From Vicugna vicugna (taxonomy: Eukaryota): a stretch of DNA of 64,000 nt. Below are positions 11,695 through 24,149 of the stretch, piece after piece (within the stretch, counting starts at the first letter, position 1; each line of letters opens with the position of its first letter). Below the pieces are notes generated by a model. It saw only the letters and a program-made list of their open reading frames with translations. It was not told the DNA's origin and did not search any database. Made by a program: the position numbers and the translations under genes. Location of the stretch: assembly GCA_013265495.1 (NCBI GenBank), contig MU058444.1, positions 62,001-126,000 of the forward strand, read 5' to 3'.

Positions 11695-14231
11695 GACTAC
11701 GGGCGGGGGCGTGGCCAGGAGGCGGTACAGGGGAGGAGGCGTGGCCGAGTGCCCACGGAGACTCGGGAGGGCTCCGGGGGTGTGGAAAGTGCGCAGGCGT
11801 GGCTAGGGCGGAGCCAAAGGGGAGGAGCTCGGCGCGGGTTGGGGGGCAAGGTCGGCCTCGCTTTAAGCAAACGCGCTACGCAAAAGTCCGTTTTATCTAA
11901 TGAAAGAGATCAGCTCTGGGTTGAGGAAGAAAGCTGATTATTTGAATTAATGAAGAATCCACCAGACTATCTTTTAGGTGAAAAGGGTCTCACACTTATA
12001 AAAACCAGGGTGATAGCAGCAGCATATGGCAAGAAAATCTGTCTACAACTTTTGAGATATGAACATATTACAAATATTTGTGTAGACTCTAAATGAACTA
12101 TTTGATGACATGTGTTCTTTGGATGGCACAGACACCATTCACTGTAACAGAAGGGGCTTTGTCAACATCCCCAGAAGGATCATTAGAGTGAATCATCCCC
12201 CAAAGTATCTCACCTCCAAACCTAAGATTCGTCCACTAAGTGATTAAAATGATGCTCACATGAGCTTACCATGGGCGTAGAAGATATTAGAAATAACTGG
12301 GGTTGCCCTTGTCCTGGCAGGAAAGGGAAAGAAAGAGGTACCTCACCCCTAAGTAATTGTTCGGTAAATGTGTCACCAGAGCAATGAAATAACAGGTCAG
12401 GGGGAAAGTGACAGCAACCAGATCATACATGTACTGAGGTCAGGAAGTGCGTATTTACTGTGCCTGAATCCCTCACCTGACAACGTTAACATTAAGTAAG
12501 CACGTATTGACTGCCGAATGGATTATGATCGTAGGAGTCTCTTCTCTCACACCCTTCATATTGGATGTGACCCTCTTAGGGCTTGGGGACACAGATACCC
12601 AAGGTCTGGCTGTGATTTCCACAGGAGTGTGTGTGTGTCTGGAGTGTGGGTGGGGTATGACTGAAGCTCAGGAGTTGTTTCAATCATCTGTTTCAACAGC
12701 CAGGATAAAAACCAAGCTTCCTTCTCTTCTGTCCACAGCTCACTCTTTCTTCCTTGTACCCTCCCCACCAACCTCACTAGACCTGCGCAGTACTGGCTTA
12801 GTGCTGTTTTTTCTGCTTGGGATTCTCCATCCGACACATTCCTGTTCATTCCTTGAGTCCCAGTACTCCTCTCTGTATTTTGATTGTATTTGTAAATGTC
12901 TCTATATCTACATTATGATAAAATCATATATACATACACATATATATGTGTGTGTGTGTCTCCACACTAGATAGTGACTTCCTCTCGGGTAGAGATGATT
13001 TATGCCATTTTTGTCTTTAACTCTAGAAAAGTGCTTCGTATAAATGTTAGCTTCTTATGGAAGTCCAGCAGTGAGAGGGAGGGGTGGCGTGTAGTGTTGG
13101 TCATTGTCTTGGGGCGGCATCCAAAAAATCACTTTGTAATCCTCATAATCTCATCTCACATATGCATGATTGCATGTTGCTGTAATAGTATTTTGGATAT
13201 GTTGTTATAGTATACTAAATTAATGACCTGTTCTTTTTAGTTTTTAAGGTGGCTAATGGAAAATATGAGATACATATGTGACTCGAATGCCACTTAATTG
13301 AAACACCACAGATGTAAATATTCAAACTTTGCAAAGCACACTTTCCCCCTACACCTGCTGCATTTCTTCCCACCACCTTGAAGCTGGTCTCTTTGGAGAG
13401 TGTCAGTTTCGCCTTAAAGAGGAAACAGGGACGGGGCTGTTCAGTAGGAGCCTAAGTTCTCGTCTAGCCAAAGCTTACGTTATACTGAGTATAGTGAGAA
13501 TGAACACTTTAGTTTTAGTCCCTCAGCCCTAGATTCCTAGTTGACACTCACGGAAAGGGGCCTCTCCCACCCTACCACCTAATGCTCAACCAGTACCCAA
13601 GAAAGAGCCACTGGGCTTTGGACAATCCCAAATCAGATGTAGCGTGGTGGCACCACCTGTCAGTTAGGTCAAATTTAACAATGACTTCAGCGCTGCCTTT
13701 ACTAATTGCCGTTACAAGGGGAAAAAAAACCACTACAGATCAACGGAAGTCATTCTCCTCTATTTGACAGAGGTCTGCATTTTTAGATTGACTTCTCGAT
13801 TCCATTCTGTAGATCGCACCCAGGACTGACTTTCGACTTCCGGGGAGTGCAAGTTCAGCGGACAGCCTTGCCCAGAACGTTTAGGGCTTTAACGATGGCT
13901 AAAGCGAAAAGAAGGCCACCGTATCTTGCAGAATCAGCCTCGACCAAAGGCGAATTCCAGGTCACTTCTTCCACAGAAAAAAAAAAAACTAGAACCGCGG
14001 AGCCAGAACCCACCGGCTATGCAAACACCGCATCTTACGCTCCCAGGGCCCCAGCCGCCGAAGGCCCCGCCCCCAGGGCGGCCCGGAAAACCCGGCGGGT
14101 GGAGTTGCGGGCCGGGAGCGGGCGCGCCGCGCCGCCGCGCTGAGCATGCTCGGAGAGCCGGCGGGTCGCGGGAGGAAGCGGCGCGGCCGCGGCCGCTGCA
14201 CGCCGCGCCGTTGTTGTGATCCGGCCCCCGA

Positions 14232-14244
14232 CACGTGACTGCGC
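14232..14244 (+). promoter_or_regulatory. Second ARE core (GTGACTGCGC, ARE3-like) overlapping an E-box (CACGTG)
   Basis: CACGTG at 14232-14237. RTGACnnnGC at 14235-14244, starting 45 bp before the main ARE. Confidence 0.65.
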
Positions 14245-14279
14245 TGGGCCCGCCCCGCCGCGCGCGGCGCCGCCTCCCC

Positions 14280-14290
14280 GTGACTCAGCA
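14280..14290 (+). promoter_or_regulatory. Antioxidant response element (Nrf2/sMaf) with embedded AP-1 site; likely orthologue of human GCLC ARE4/EpRE4
   Basis: CCTCCCCGTGACTCAGCACTTTG matches RTGACnnnGCA. About 3.1 kb upstream of the ATG and reversed relative to GCLC, as I recall for human ARE4. Confidence 0.9.
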
Positions 14291-15304
14291 CTTTGTGCGG
14301 GCTCCGTGCTAGAGGTCAATCCCGGAGAGGCTGCTCGGGGCCAAAGTCTCAGTCCACCACTCCTGCCCCGGAGGCTGCTGCTGATGATGTTGCGACAGCC
14401 ATTTCAGACTGGCCGGTTTTCGGGCCTACCGGCAAGAAGGAAAAGCAAATCGTTTCCCTGTGGTCCAGCGGTTCCCAGTTTCCCCTGAGTCAGCGGCTCC
14501 GCACAGAGTCCGGAGTTGGCCTCGCAGAGAGCAAATGAGGAAAGCCCAGGGGCTGTGCCTGGCGCGGGCGGGGGAAGGGGGGGTGTCTCAGCTTCAGGCC
14601 ACTTGCGGTCACCTGCCCCAGCCCTGAGCATCCCCTAGATGGTATGGATAACTTATTTTTATGGCGCACCTGCTTTATGCCAAGCTCTTTGATCTGGAAT
14701 CAATAGAACAGTCCTGGTTGTTGCCACGTTTTATGGATGAGGCAACTGAGATACAGTAAAAAGTAAATCAGGGCAGTGGCTACGCAGGGCTTTGAACTCC
14801 GGTGTGATTTCAAAGCCTGTGCACTTCCGCTGCACCTCACATCCTGGGTAAAGCTGCAGGCGTCCTTCCGTGGGACTCTTCCTGGGCCTCGCCTCCACTA
14901 CAGCCCTCCTCCTTTCATACATCCTTACTCCAAAAGACCTCTGGTCTGCCAGATGAGTTGCTTAAGATTTTTTTTCTTTTTCTTTTAGTTAATTGGTAGA
15001 AACAGACACACAGTTATTTCTTCCGAAAGATGTGGTAAAGATTTTCTCCCTACAATTGCATTCTACTTGGAATTTGAATTAATCATATTGAAGAAGGTCC
15101 CCAGGGCCTTGAAACAGAAAAGCGGTAGTCAAAAGACTGGGGTCTTGGCCCCAGTTCAGAGGGTAACCTGCTGGATGGGTCTAAGCAAAGTTATGTTTAT
15201 CATCAGAGACCCCCCTCCCTCTTCATCTGTTCAAATGAGAATCTGGAGGAAATGAAGTTTCCCTTCCAACCTAAACATTCTCTAGTGTCTAAATTAGTTG
15301 AAAA

Positions 15305-15895
15305 AGTTATTACAAGCTACTGAATATAGTTCCCTGTACTATGCATTAGAACCTTATTGTTTATCTATTTTATATATAGTAGTTTGTATCTGCTAATCCC
15401 AAACTCCTAGTTTATCCCCCGCTTCCCCTTTGATAGCCATGTTTGTGTCATGTTTTTAGATTCCACATATAAGTGATATCATATAATATTTGTCTTTCTC
15501 TGTCTGACTTACTTCACTTAGTATGATAATCTCCAGACCCATCCATGTTGCTGCAGACAGCATTATTTCATTCTTTTTTATGGCTGAGTAGTAGTCGTGT
15601 GTGTGTGTGTGTGTGTGTGTGTGTTTATCTCACAAATTCTTTATCCAGTCATCTGTTGATGGACATTTAGGTGGCTTCCATTTCTTGGCTGTTGTAAATA
15701 GTGCTGCTATGAACACTGGGGTGCACATATCTTTTCAAATTAGATTTATCTATGGACATACGCCCAGGAGTGGGATTGCTGGATCATAATGGTAACTCTA
15801 TTTTTAGTTTTTAAAGGAATCACCATACTGTTTTCCATAGTGGATGCAACAAATCACGTTCCCGCCAACAGTGTAGGAAGGTTCCCTTTTCTCCA
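15305..15895 (-). mobile_element. LINE-1 3' fragment (ORF2 C-terminus plus 3' UTR) containing (GT)14 at 15597-15624
   Basis: Typical antisense L1 text: CCATCCATGTTGCTGCA, GATGGACATTTAGGTGGCTTCCA, GGGATTGCTGGATCAT. Confidence 0.85.
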
Positions 15896-16933
15896 TCGTG
15901 TAGTATTTCTAACACATGATGCTGAGATGTGCAATTGTCATTTTAAGTAAAAAAACCAACCAGCCAATCACAGGACCTCTTTAACTTGGTTTTTAAAAAC
16001 CCGTGTTTAGTTCATATGGATTTAAAAATATTTAAACATGTTCATTTTCATGGAGAGTTACAAAAGATCTGCTCAGTTAAGTGAAGGCCTTTATTAATCT
16101 GGAGAAGCTTAGGTGTGTAAGGAAGATGGGTAGGAGTCAGTAGCGCGTGAGATTAAATATGTGAGAGTGAAAAAGAATGCCTTTAGAAGCAAGATCTCTC
16201 AGGATACATGACTTATGGGATCCAGAGCACATGTAAAGTGGTGAGATTTTTTTTTTCTTTTTTCGTAACAGTCTGGTTGTTTTTCTGTGAGACACTAGGG
16301 AGGAAGATGTATTGGGATGGGAAAGGTAGTAGCTGAATTCAGTAGGCTCACTCTTCACTGGAGTACAGTTAAAAAACACAACTTTGTATTATGGACATTT
16401 CCAAACCAGCACACAAGTAGGGAGAACATAGTGTGATATTCCTATTACCCATCTGCGGTATTGCCACATGGCTAGTCTTATTTCGGGTTTTCACCCTCTT
16501 CTCATTAGTTTAGAGCAAATCTTACTGAGTGTGATCTCAAGTAGTTAGCTCTAAGTGAGCACTGAAGACAGAAAGAGGAACATAAAAGATGATTTCGGCA
16601 TAGGGATGATGGATGGTCCAGGCAGATGGGAAGGAGTGAGCAGCAGACTAAGCCCTTCCTGGAAATCACTTTCCTTCGTGCAGAAATTGGAGACGGCTGA
16701 CGTCACCCAGTGGTTTTCATTCCAGATTTTCTGGCTATTGTTGTTATAAATTATGGGACCTTGCCTTTAAAAGCAAAGCCAGAAACAAACTCAAAAAACC
16801 ATGCTTGTCACATGTAGTGTAAACTGTTTCACAATAGCTGGCAGGGATAATTATTACGGTCAAAGGAGGCCCCGTCAAAAGGACAGTAAGGACTTTAAAG
16901 CATGTATTTACCCTTTTAAAGCTTCCTAATCTT

Positions 16934-17032
16934 GGGGGGAGGGTATAGCTCAGTGGTAGAGTGCATGGTTAGCATGCATGACGTCCTGGGTTCAATCCCC
17001 AGACCCTCTGTTGAAAAATAAGTAAAATAAAT
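16934..17032 (+). mobile_element. tRNA-Ala-derived camelid SINE (vic-1 type)
   Basis: GGGGAGGGTATAGCTCAGTGGTAGAG...GGTTCAATCCCC head (A/B boxes) and A-rich tail. TSD AAAGCTTCCTAATCTT / AAAGACTCCTAATCTT. Confidence 0.9.
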
Positions 17033-19129
17033 AAAGACTCCTAATCTTAGTCAACTCCCTTTTCCTCCCATTTCACTTACCTTGCTCCACATACATTTTT
17101 GTAAACTTTATTCTGGATTAGATAACATCAAATAATTCACTTTTGGCCCACAGCAACCCAGTACATGTGGACCATGAGATGTGAAAAAGTGCTAAGCATA
17201 ATTGCAGATATGTAGAAAGGCAATTGTCCTGGATATTGAGCAATTATGCTTTCACAAGACCAGTTCCTAAAGGAAAAAAAAAAAAGAAAAGAAAAGGAGT
17301 CACTTAAGTTTACTTCCTGAAGTCATTTTCCCACACACAATACCCTCTGCCATTTATTTTAGTACTTACGCTAAAATATAATAGGTACCTTTGGGAGGAA
17401 AAAAAAAATCAGCTCATTTGAAAAACAGCTTGTCCTGCAGTTCACAGGACAGCCCCACGCCAAGAATCATCCATTTCAAAATGTCAGCAGGACCAAGGGT
17501 GGGTGAGAAAAGTTGGTCTACATGTATATGAGTATTACATATGGGTGCGGGTGCCTTTCCTTAAATATTTGCAACGGTTTCTGAGGTCATCAAAATAATT
17601 GGTTGAGAAGAACTGAACCTATACAATGGTTTGTATCATTTTATTTGTGGTTACCATAAACAGAAATATATACAGCCATCTAGTCTACGCCTAAACTGGT
17701 GCACTGATGGATCTTACAGGAGGGAGAGCGTATGTCATCTTCTTTATCCTCTTTCTTTTTCCCTCCTGGCCCTGGTCTGCTCTCCATAGTGTCTTATTTC
17801 CTGTCCATGAGAGGCTAGATATATACTTGTATCAACATTAATATTAAATGGCAGAGCTCTTAGTCCCTTGTCTACATTTCTCAAAAATACAGTTTTAAAA
17901 CATGAAAGCTCATTAGTTCTCTTAGAAGCTCTGTTACTGCCAGATAGGAAGGATGGCATACTGGAAGAAGATTTGGCCTGAGTGTTGGAACTGAGTTAGA
18001 ATCCCAGCTCTGCCCACCTCTGATTCTGTAACCTTGGGCGATACTTGGTTGAGTGGTCGTCAAGGTTGAAAATAACACATGGAGCATCTGGCACATATTG
18101 GGGGCTGATTAAATGGTGCTTCCTGGGCATCCATCAAGGCGAGGTAGGAATTTCAAGAGGAGCAACGCAATGACCCTCAAGCAGCAGGAAGCTCAGAAGG
18201 CGGGTTTCAGCCAAGGATGCTTCTGCTGCTAGAATGGTAAGAAGTTTTAGACTTTTCTGGAAAGACATACCCTTTGAGCCCTTGTTACTCCAAAGTCCAG
18301 CACTGTAAAAGCTGGCGCTAAAAGCTCTGTCCTGGCCACGAAAAGCTGCCTCTCTGGCACTGCCATTTTTAAGGTTTTATGACTCCCGCCAGTGTCTTTG
18401 CTGGAAATTTCCATCTGGGAAAACCTCCACTGGCCCTTCTACCTTATTTCTCCCCCCCCCCACCAGTAAAACCTGGACAAAGTAGAGAACAGCTTGCTAC
18501 CCACCCAGGTAGTGGCCTTAGGTAGCGGTGCTGTGGAACGATGCTTCAAGGAGGGCAGGCCACAGCTCCCATGGCAGCGTGGGCCAGTGAGGTCACCAAA
18601 GAGAGTCGCCCCAAAGCACGACTTGGGGTGGGCGGCTCTGCCCTGGTACAACCCAACCGGCGCCCCGCAGATGAGGATTCGGCCAGGGAGATGGGCACCA
18701 GCTAAGTAGGTTGCTCTGTCTGTCTTTGATCTAGGGAAGGAAGACACCTAAGAAATCACTCCACATCTATTCTGAGGTTCACATTTATTTCTCCGCACAA
18801 ACCAAATAAGATAGGGCTTCCCAAAGACTGTGCCCCAGAATGCTAGTGTGCCCTGAAGAGTAACTGAGCGCCAAAGCGCTCATTCCCCTTCACCCTCGCA
18901 TTGACCAAGCAGGACCCCATCTGGGTGATCAGAGCCTCCTGGGCTGGTTACATCTCACTGTGGGTGGCAACATCCTTTGCAGTCAAAATATTCTTGTTTT
19001 CAAGGTGTGTGATGTTATGAAAGAGGTTGGGAAAGACTTCTGTGAGGTGTTAGCCCATTTTACAAAAGAGTAAGCTGAGGTTCACAGCTTAGTCCATACT
19101 CAAAGGCCACACTTAGAAACAGCAAGGGA

Positions 19130-19477
19130 GAGGGGGAGGGTACAGCTCAGTGGTCGAGTGCATGCTTAGCATGCATGCGGTCATGGGTTTGATTCGTTAA
19201 ATAAAAAATAATAAATAAATAAACCTAATTACCAGGGGGGAGGGTATAGCTCAAAGTGGTAGAGCTCATGCTTAGCACACACGAGGTCCTGGGTTCAATC
19301 CCCAGTACCTCTTCTAAAAAGTAAATAAATAAATAAACCTAAGTACATCCCTCCCCCCCAAAACAAAATAAATTAAAATTTAAAAAAAATAAACCTAATT
19401 ACCTCCCCCCCAAAAACACACAAACAACTAAAAAATAAATTGATTTTTAAAAAATTATTTAAAAATTAATAAAGAAA
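19130..19477 (+). mobile_element. Outer vic-1-type SINE, interrupted by a second SINE
   Basis: 15-bp perfect TSD AGAAACAGCAAGGGA at 19115-19129 and 19478-19492. Confidence 0.9.
19234..19386 (+). mobile_element. Inner vic-1-type SINE nested in the tail of the outer copy
   Basis: 17-bp perfect TSD AAATAAACCTAATTACC at 19217-19233 and 19387-19403. Confidence 0.9.
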
Positions 19478-21227
19478 AGAAACAGCAAGGGAACAGTAGA
19501 ACTAAGATCTGATACCAGGTCTGTTTGCCTACAAAGTCCAAGTTCATTCCATCCTCCTCACACTGCTAAAAACGAAACCAAACCATATAAAGAGTAATTC
19601 CTAGATTTTGAATAGGCCTTTATGGCTTAAGAAGTGCTTTGACAGAAGAAAGGGGGAATTCAAGGGTGAGGGAATGAGCCTGTCTCATACACCTACACCC
19701 CATCTGGTACTTTCCATCAACAGCCTTAATCTCCTTAACAGTGTGACTTTCTGATCCACAAACTTACAGTAGACGGCCTGGGTATGTTTTCCAGATGTTA
19801 AGTTGCCCTTTGATAATTTTCCCTCTATACCTCATTAGTTCTAAAGAACAAGCCTGGACTCAAAGAACAAGCACACTAGTAACTCAGATTTGTATATGAT
19901 GGTATAGCTCTCACATCTTTTATCTCACTTGATTCTTACAGCACACCTTGAAGTAAGGCAGTTTTACAGGGAGGAAATTGAGGCTGAGCGCTTATCTGTC
20001 TTGCTCCGAAAGTCGCACCCCTTGCATAAGGCTGAGCTGAGGCTGGAACACATCATGATTGCCCCAACTCTGCCAGCACTTGGCAGTGGACATTGATTCA
20101 TGAGTATTTCATCACCAACCCAGTTCTTCAAGAGCTGAAGTTTATAGGTCATTTCAAAGAGGGCAAATGGGACCAAATCCAGGTGCACTTAATGCTGTGA
20201 CCAAAGATTGCGTTCTCCTTAGGACGTTAACAGTCACTCCAAAGTCCTATGTTTTCCTGATAGAGATGCAAGATTTAGCCATTCGGTATCCATGACTGGT
20301 GATGGGGGAAAGGAAAAACAAATGTAAATGTTGGTTCCAAGTTAAAAAAAAAAAGAGTTGAAGTTTAGCAGATGGTTTCAGTACCCTCCCCCCTTTTCCA
20401 AAATAGCCTCAATCCACTGTCTTTTAAGAACTAATATAAAAAAGAAGGCTGGCCCAGAAAATGGCTTTCTTCTCTGGGTAGTGGAGCTGCTGGCCTGGGG
20501 CAGGGGAGAAGTCAGTGTCTCTCCTCATCAGGGCGATGGCTTGATCACCCAGGTTCACCCCATCTCTTCCCACAAGGTCTTTCCTGACAGTACCCTCACT
20601 TGCTCTCCCGCCTGCAGGCCATCTTAACGTGTAGGCTGCCTTAATATAATACATAATAGGCTGCCTTCGTACATATGCCCCCTTCTCACAATTGGGTGAA
20701 ATGATCTTGTAGAATTTTAATACGACTTCATTTTAGAGATGGGGGAAACTGAGCTGGAGAAAAATTGGACAGAACCTGCACTTAAACCTTAGGTCTTTTG
20801 ACTGCAAACTCAGGACCCACCTTGCCCCAAGAGGGATGGTCTAATTTCATTCGGTAGAGACTTTCAAAATAAGGTAATCATCTTTACTGACTCAAGACTA
20901 TACAAAAGAAACTCTTAAACTGGACGATATTTTTAGTTTTTATGCATTTCAGTTTCCCTCGTTATGCTCTTTAATTTCCTTGTCCATAACTTCTTTTGGG
21001 TTTTAGAAGAATACCTAAGTCACGTGGTGATGGAGGAAAAGGCAGGAAAGACTGAAAGGCAGATCAGAGGTTGAATCACTAATCACTAGATGGGCTGGAG
21101 AGATAAGAGTACTTGGGAGCTGCAGTAGCTAGAAAACCCTCAAGAAATAATTTCTTTTTAAAGGAAAATTTTCGCTAAATATGCACCTTAAAGTAAGCCC
21201 ATGGATGTAAAACAGGCCACTCTTCAG

Positions 21228-21784
21228 TATTGGTAGGTAGTTAGGTAAGTGGGGGCACCGGGCGGATGTGAAGAGGGTGGGTGGTCCAGAAGATGGTGTT
21301 ATGCCCGCCTCCAACATAAAGGGGCTTTACTTCCTCTAAGTGGATGGATATCAGCAAGAAACCGGTTAGAACCTGTTAGCTGAAACTGTGCGGTAGTGAC
21401 AAGGACCTAACGGGACATGAGCCAGTGCTCCTTATAATATGATCAGCATCACAGTTTAGGCTCCCCGCCTCTCACCATGGGTTTCTCTGTGTGCATCATA
21501 GGTAAGGACACATGCAAAGGGGACAAAGATCACTCAGCACTCCAGGGACAAGGGCCATCAATGAATCAAGAGACCACCTCTAAGAGAGGGGATAAGAGGA
21601 GGGACAAAGACCACGGCTTTTCCGCCCTTGGATCAGCCCACTTCCCCTTCTTGCAGGTGTACTTTCCCTTTGCTAAATAAAACCTTTAAAATCTTTTGCT
21701 ATACAATGCTTCCATCTCCTGTGTGAATTCTCCTTTGGGTAAGACAAGAAATGGGGTCTTTTCCCTTCTCCTTTTGGGGTAATA
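21228..21784 (+). mobile_element. Probable solo ERV LTR (~560 bp)
   Basis: LTR-like start (TGGTAGGTAGTTAGG), AATAAA at 21676-21681, then U5-like TGAATTCT...AAGACAAGAA and a GGTAATA end. TSD not resolved. Confidence 0.6.
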
Positions 21785-23630
21785 TTACCATTCATGAAAA
21801 CTCACAGTATTGAAAATAAAATTCTCTGCGCAGAGATGTCTCTCAGGCACATAGCGCCCCTTTTTCCTATCCAGGAAAACCAGATGTAACTTTGGTGAGA
21901 TCATGAACCACTTTCACGTACAGGGAACTATCTCTGTTCACCCCGCCCTTGGGAAGGTCAGGGACATGGTCCCACAGTGGCAGGCATGTGTAGGGGAAAT
22001 TCAGTAGGTGTTCCGAGTCATAATTAAATTGCAAAGAATAGCGAGAGCTAAATCCTTGGATGTGAGTCGTCCTTGAAGGTAAGATTATTACTGAAGTTAG
22101 ATGTAGACACTATCTTCTTGTTTTCACTATGCGAAACAGATAACTAAGAAATCTTTTATACACGCCTTTTAACATTTAATAACATGGATTAAATATAGCT
22201 GTGAACTAGTTTTGAAATTAGCATCAGTGTTGATCTGGGCTGCAAAGAACTTTTGGAAGTTGAAATAATATATAAAGTTCCATGATTATGTAACGAAGCC
22301 AGCTCTCTGCCTGGCGTATTAAGGTTGTGCTTGTTTATTTAACACATATTTACTAGATACCCACTCTATGCAGTTCCTGCTCTTGGTACTGGGGACTTTG
22401 GGTGAATGGGAAGGACAGCGTTTCTGTTCTCATGAGCTCCTTCCAGAGGGACAAGATGGACAATGAACAAGAGAATAAACTTGATGGTTTTAGGTGCCAT
22501 TTTGAAGAAAGTAATAACACTCAATTATAACTGTGATGACTTGATTTATGTATGTTAGACCTTCTTCTGGTTAATTTTTGCTAATGACTTCAACAACCAG
22601 TGCTGTGATTTTCAGGCCAAAAAAGCTACCAGCTCTACATAACTTTCCTCTGCTCCTGCTGGGGATAAAATCTGCTGATTGAAGTAGACAGTTTTTTCCC
22701 CCTTTTTCCTTGGGTAGGGCATATAGCTTCCTTCTTAAATTCCTTCAAAATGAGGTAATTGTTGTTAACTGTTATTGAAAGACAGATGCTTTTGTTACCT
22801 TCGATAGTTTAGTATGAATTTATCGGCCTTAGCAACGTAATATTCAGACAATGTCTAAAGCCCGAAGTGTTCACGAAAGATTTGGGAATTTATTCGGTAA
22901 GCCAAAATAGTGTCAAAATGTCAAAGGATATTTGATTCGATGTTCATTCAATTGACTCAACATATTATGTGGTTCAGGTTGTTTTTTTTTTTAACAAAAT
23001 TTACTTGTGTTGAGAACGATAATTAATGGTATTGCCTTTGCTAACAATTAGACTCTACTCTTCTGCTGGGGCACCATATTGATACAAAGTTCCCAGCAAG
23101 GGTGGTGGAAGACAGCTAGAGTGTAAAACCAGAGGGAAAATAGTCCCATTTTTCAGATATTTGGTCCATCTGATGATGTGAAATTTGTAAGAGATAAATA
23201 ATTTAATCCAGATTCTATTACACTCAAGGTTGTTTATAAATCCTGGTTTTTTTTTAATTTTAATAAGAAAACAACATAAATTCTGCTTCAAGATGGAATC
23301 CCCAGCAAGAGTTTTCTTTTTTATCCATTTTTGTATTTACTCATAAGAAGTAGATTAAGGTCAACACCATTTTAACTACAGTAATATGTTCTGAGGTTTC
23401 TGAGTCTTCATTTTCAAGTTATGTCTAGCTTATACAGTTTTAGGGCTTTTTATATTCAGATGATTATACGGTCATTTATTTAACAGGCAAACAGAAATGC
23501 CGACGTAAGCCTGCAAATATTTATTTCGATGTTTAAAGTCTGTTAATGGCTCAATTCAGCGAACGTGTTGTTGCATGACTAATGAAAGCTGCATTTCTTT
23601 TAGCTGTACTTAGAAAGAACACTGTAGGAA

Positions 23631-23631
<1 letters not shown>

Positions 23632-23682
<51 letters not shown>
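23632..23682. repeat. (AAT)17 perfect microsatellite
   Basis: Seen directly. Confidence 0.97.
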
Positions 23683-23690
<8 letters not shown>

Positions 23691-24149
23691 CAGCTATTAT
23701 AGTTTGTTTCCTCTGAGGCTTGTAGTTTAGTAATTGCATTAGTATTGCCTTCCGGAATCCCAGAGCAAGGACATAAAAACTGGTGTAGACTGTGAGAAGT
23801 TGCCAGGAAAGGGGAGAGAGGAGGAAAGAATTGAGGGGGAAAATGAAAGAAAGAAGAAAGGGAAGGAAAGGAAAGAGGGAAAGCCTGGATCAGTGCCTTC
23901 GATTCCTTACTGAGCAGCTCCCTAATGAACTGGCTCACTCCTTCCTTCAGATACTGGTGTGCCAGTACCAGGGCTCCGGGCACATAAATCAGCTTGTTAG
24001 TCTGGGTTTTGGGGGGAAAAAAGATTAAGGAAAAAAAGTAAGAAGAGAAACTGGAAATGATCATTCTGGCCCGTTGTTACTGTGAGGCTTAAACAACCTA
24101 ATAGATATGAAAATGCTTTGAAAAAATTCTCTACAGAAGAAAATTCTCT

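Larger units (their letters stand above)
10730..11890. promoter_or_regulatory. CpG island spanning the GCLC promoter, exon 1 and the start of intron 1
   Basis: Very high GC and dense CpG against a CpG-depleted background. Confidence 0.95.
13990..14610. promoter_or_regulatory. Distal CpG island / enhancer ~2.3-3 kb upstream of the GCLC TSS
   Basis: Dense CpG, GC boxes, contains the ARE cluster. Confidence 0.9.

Noticed and set aside
10708..11937. Many overlapping Ala/Gly/Pro/Arg-rich ORFs on both strands (also 13847-14631 and 28014-28588)
   Set aside because: Expected from stop-codon scarcity in CpG islands; no recognisable protein family.
23551..24064. Poly-Tyr and poly-Ile ORFs
   Set aside because: Translation of the (AAT)17 microsatellite.
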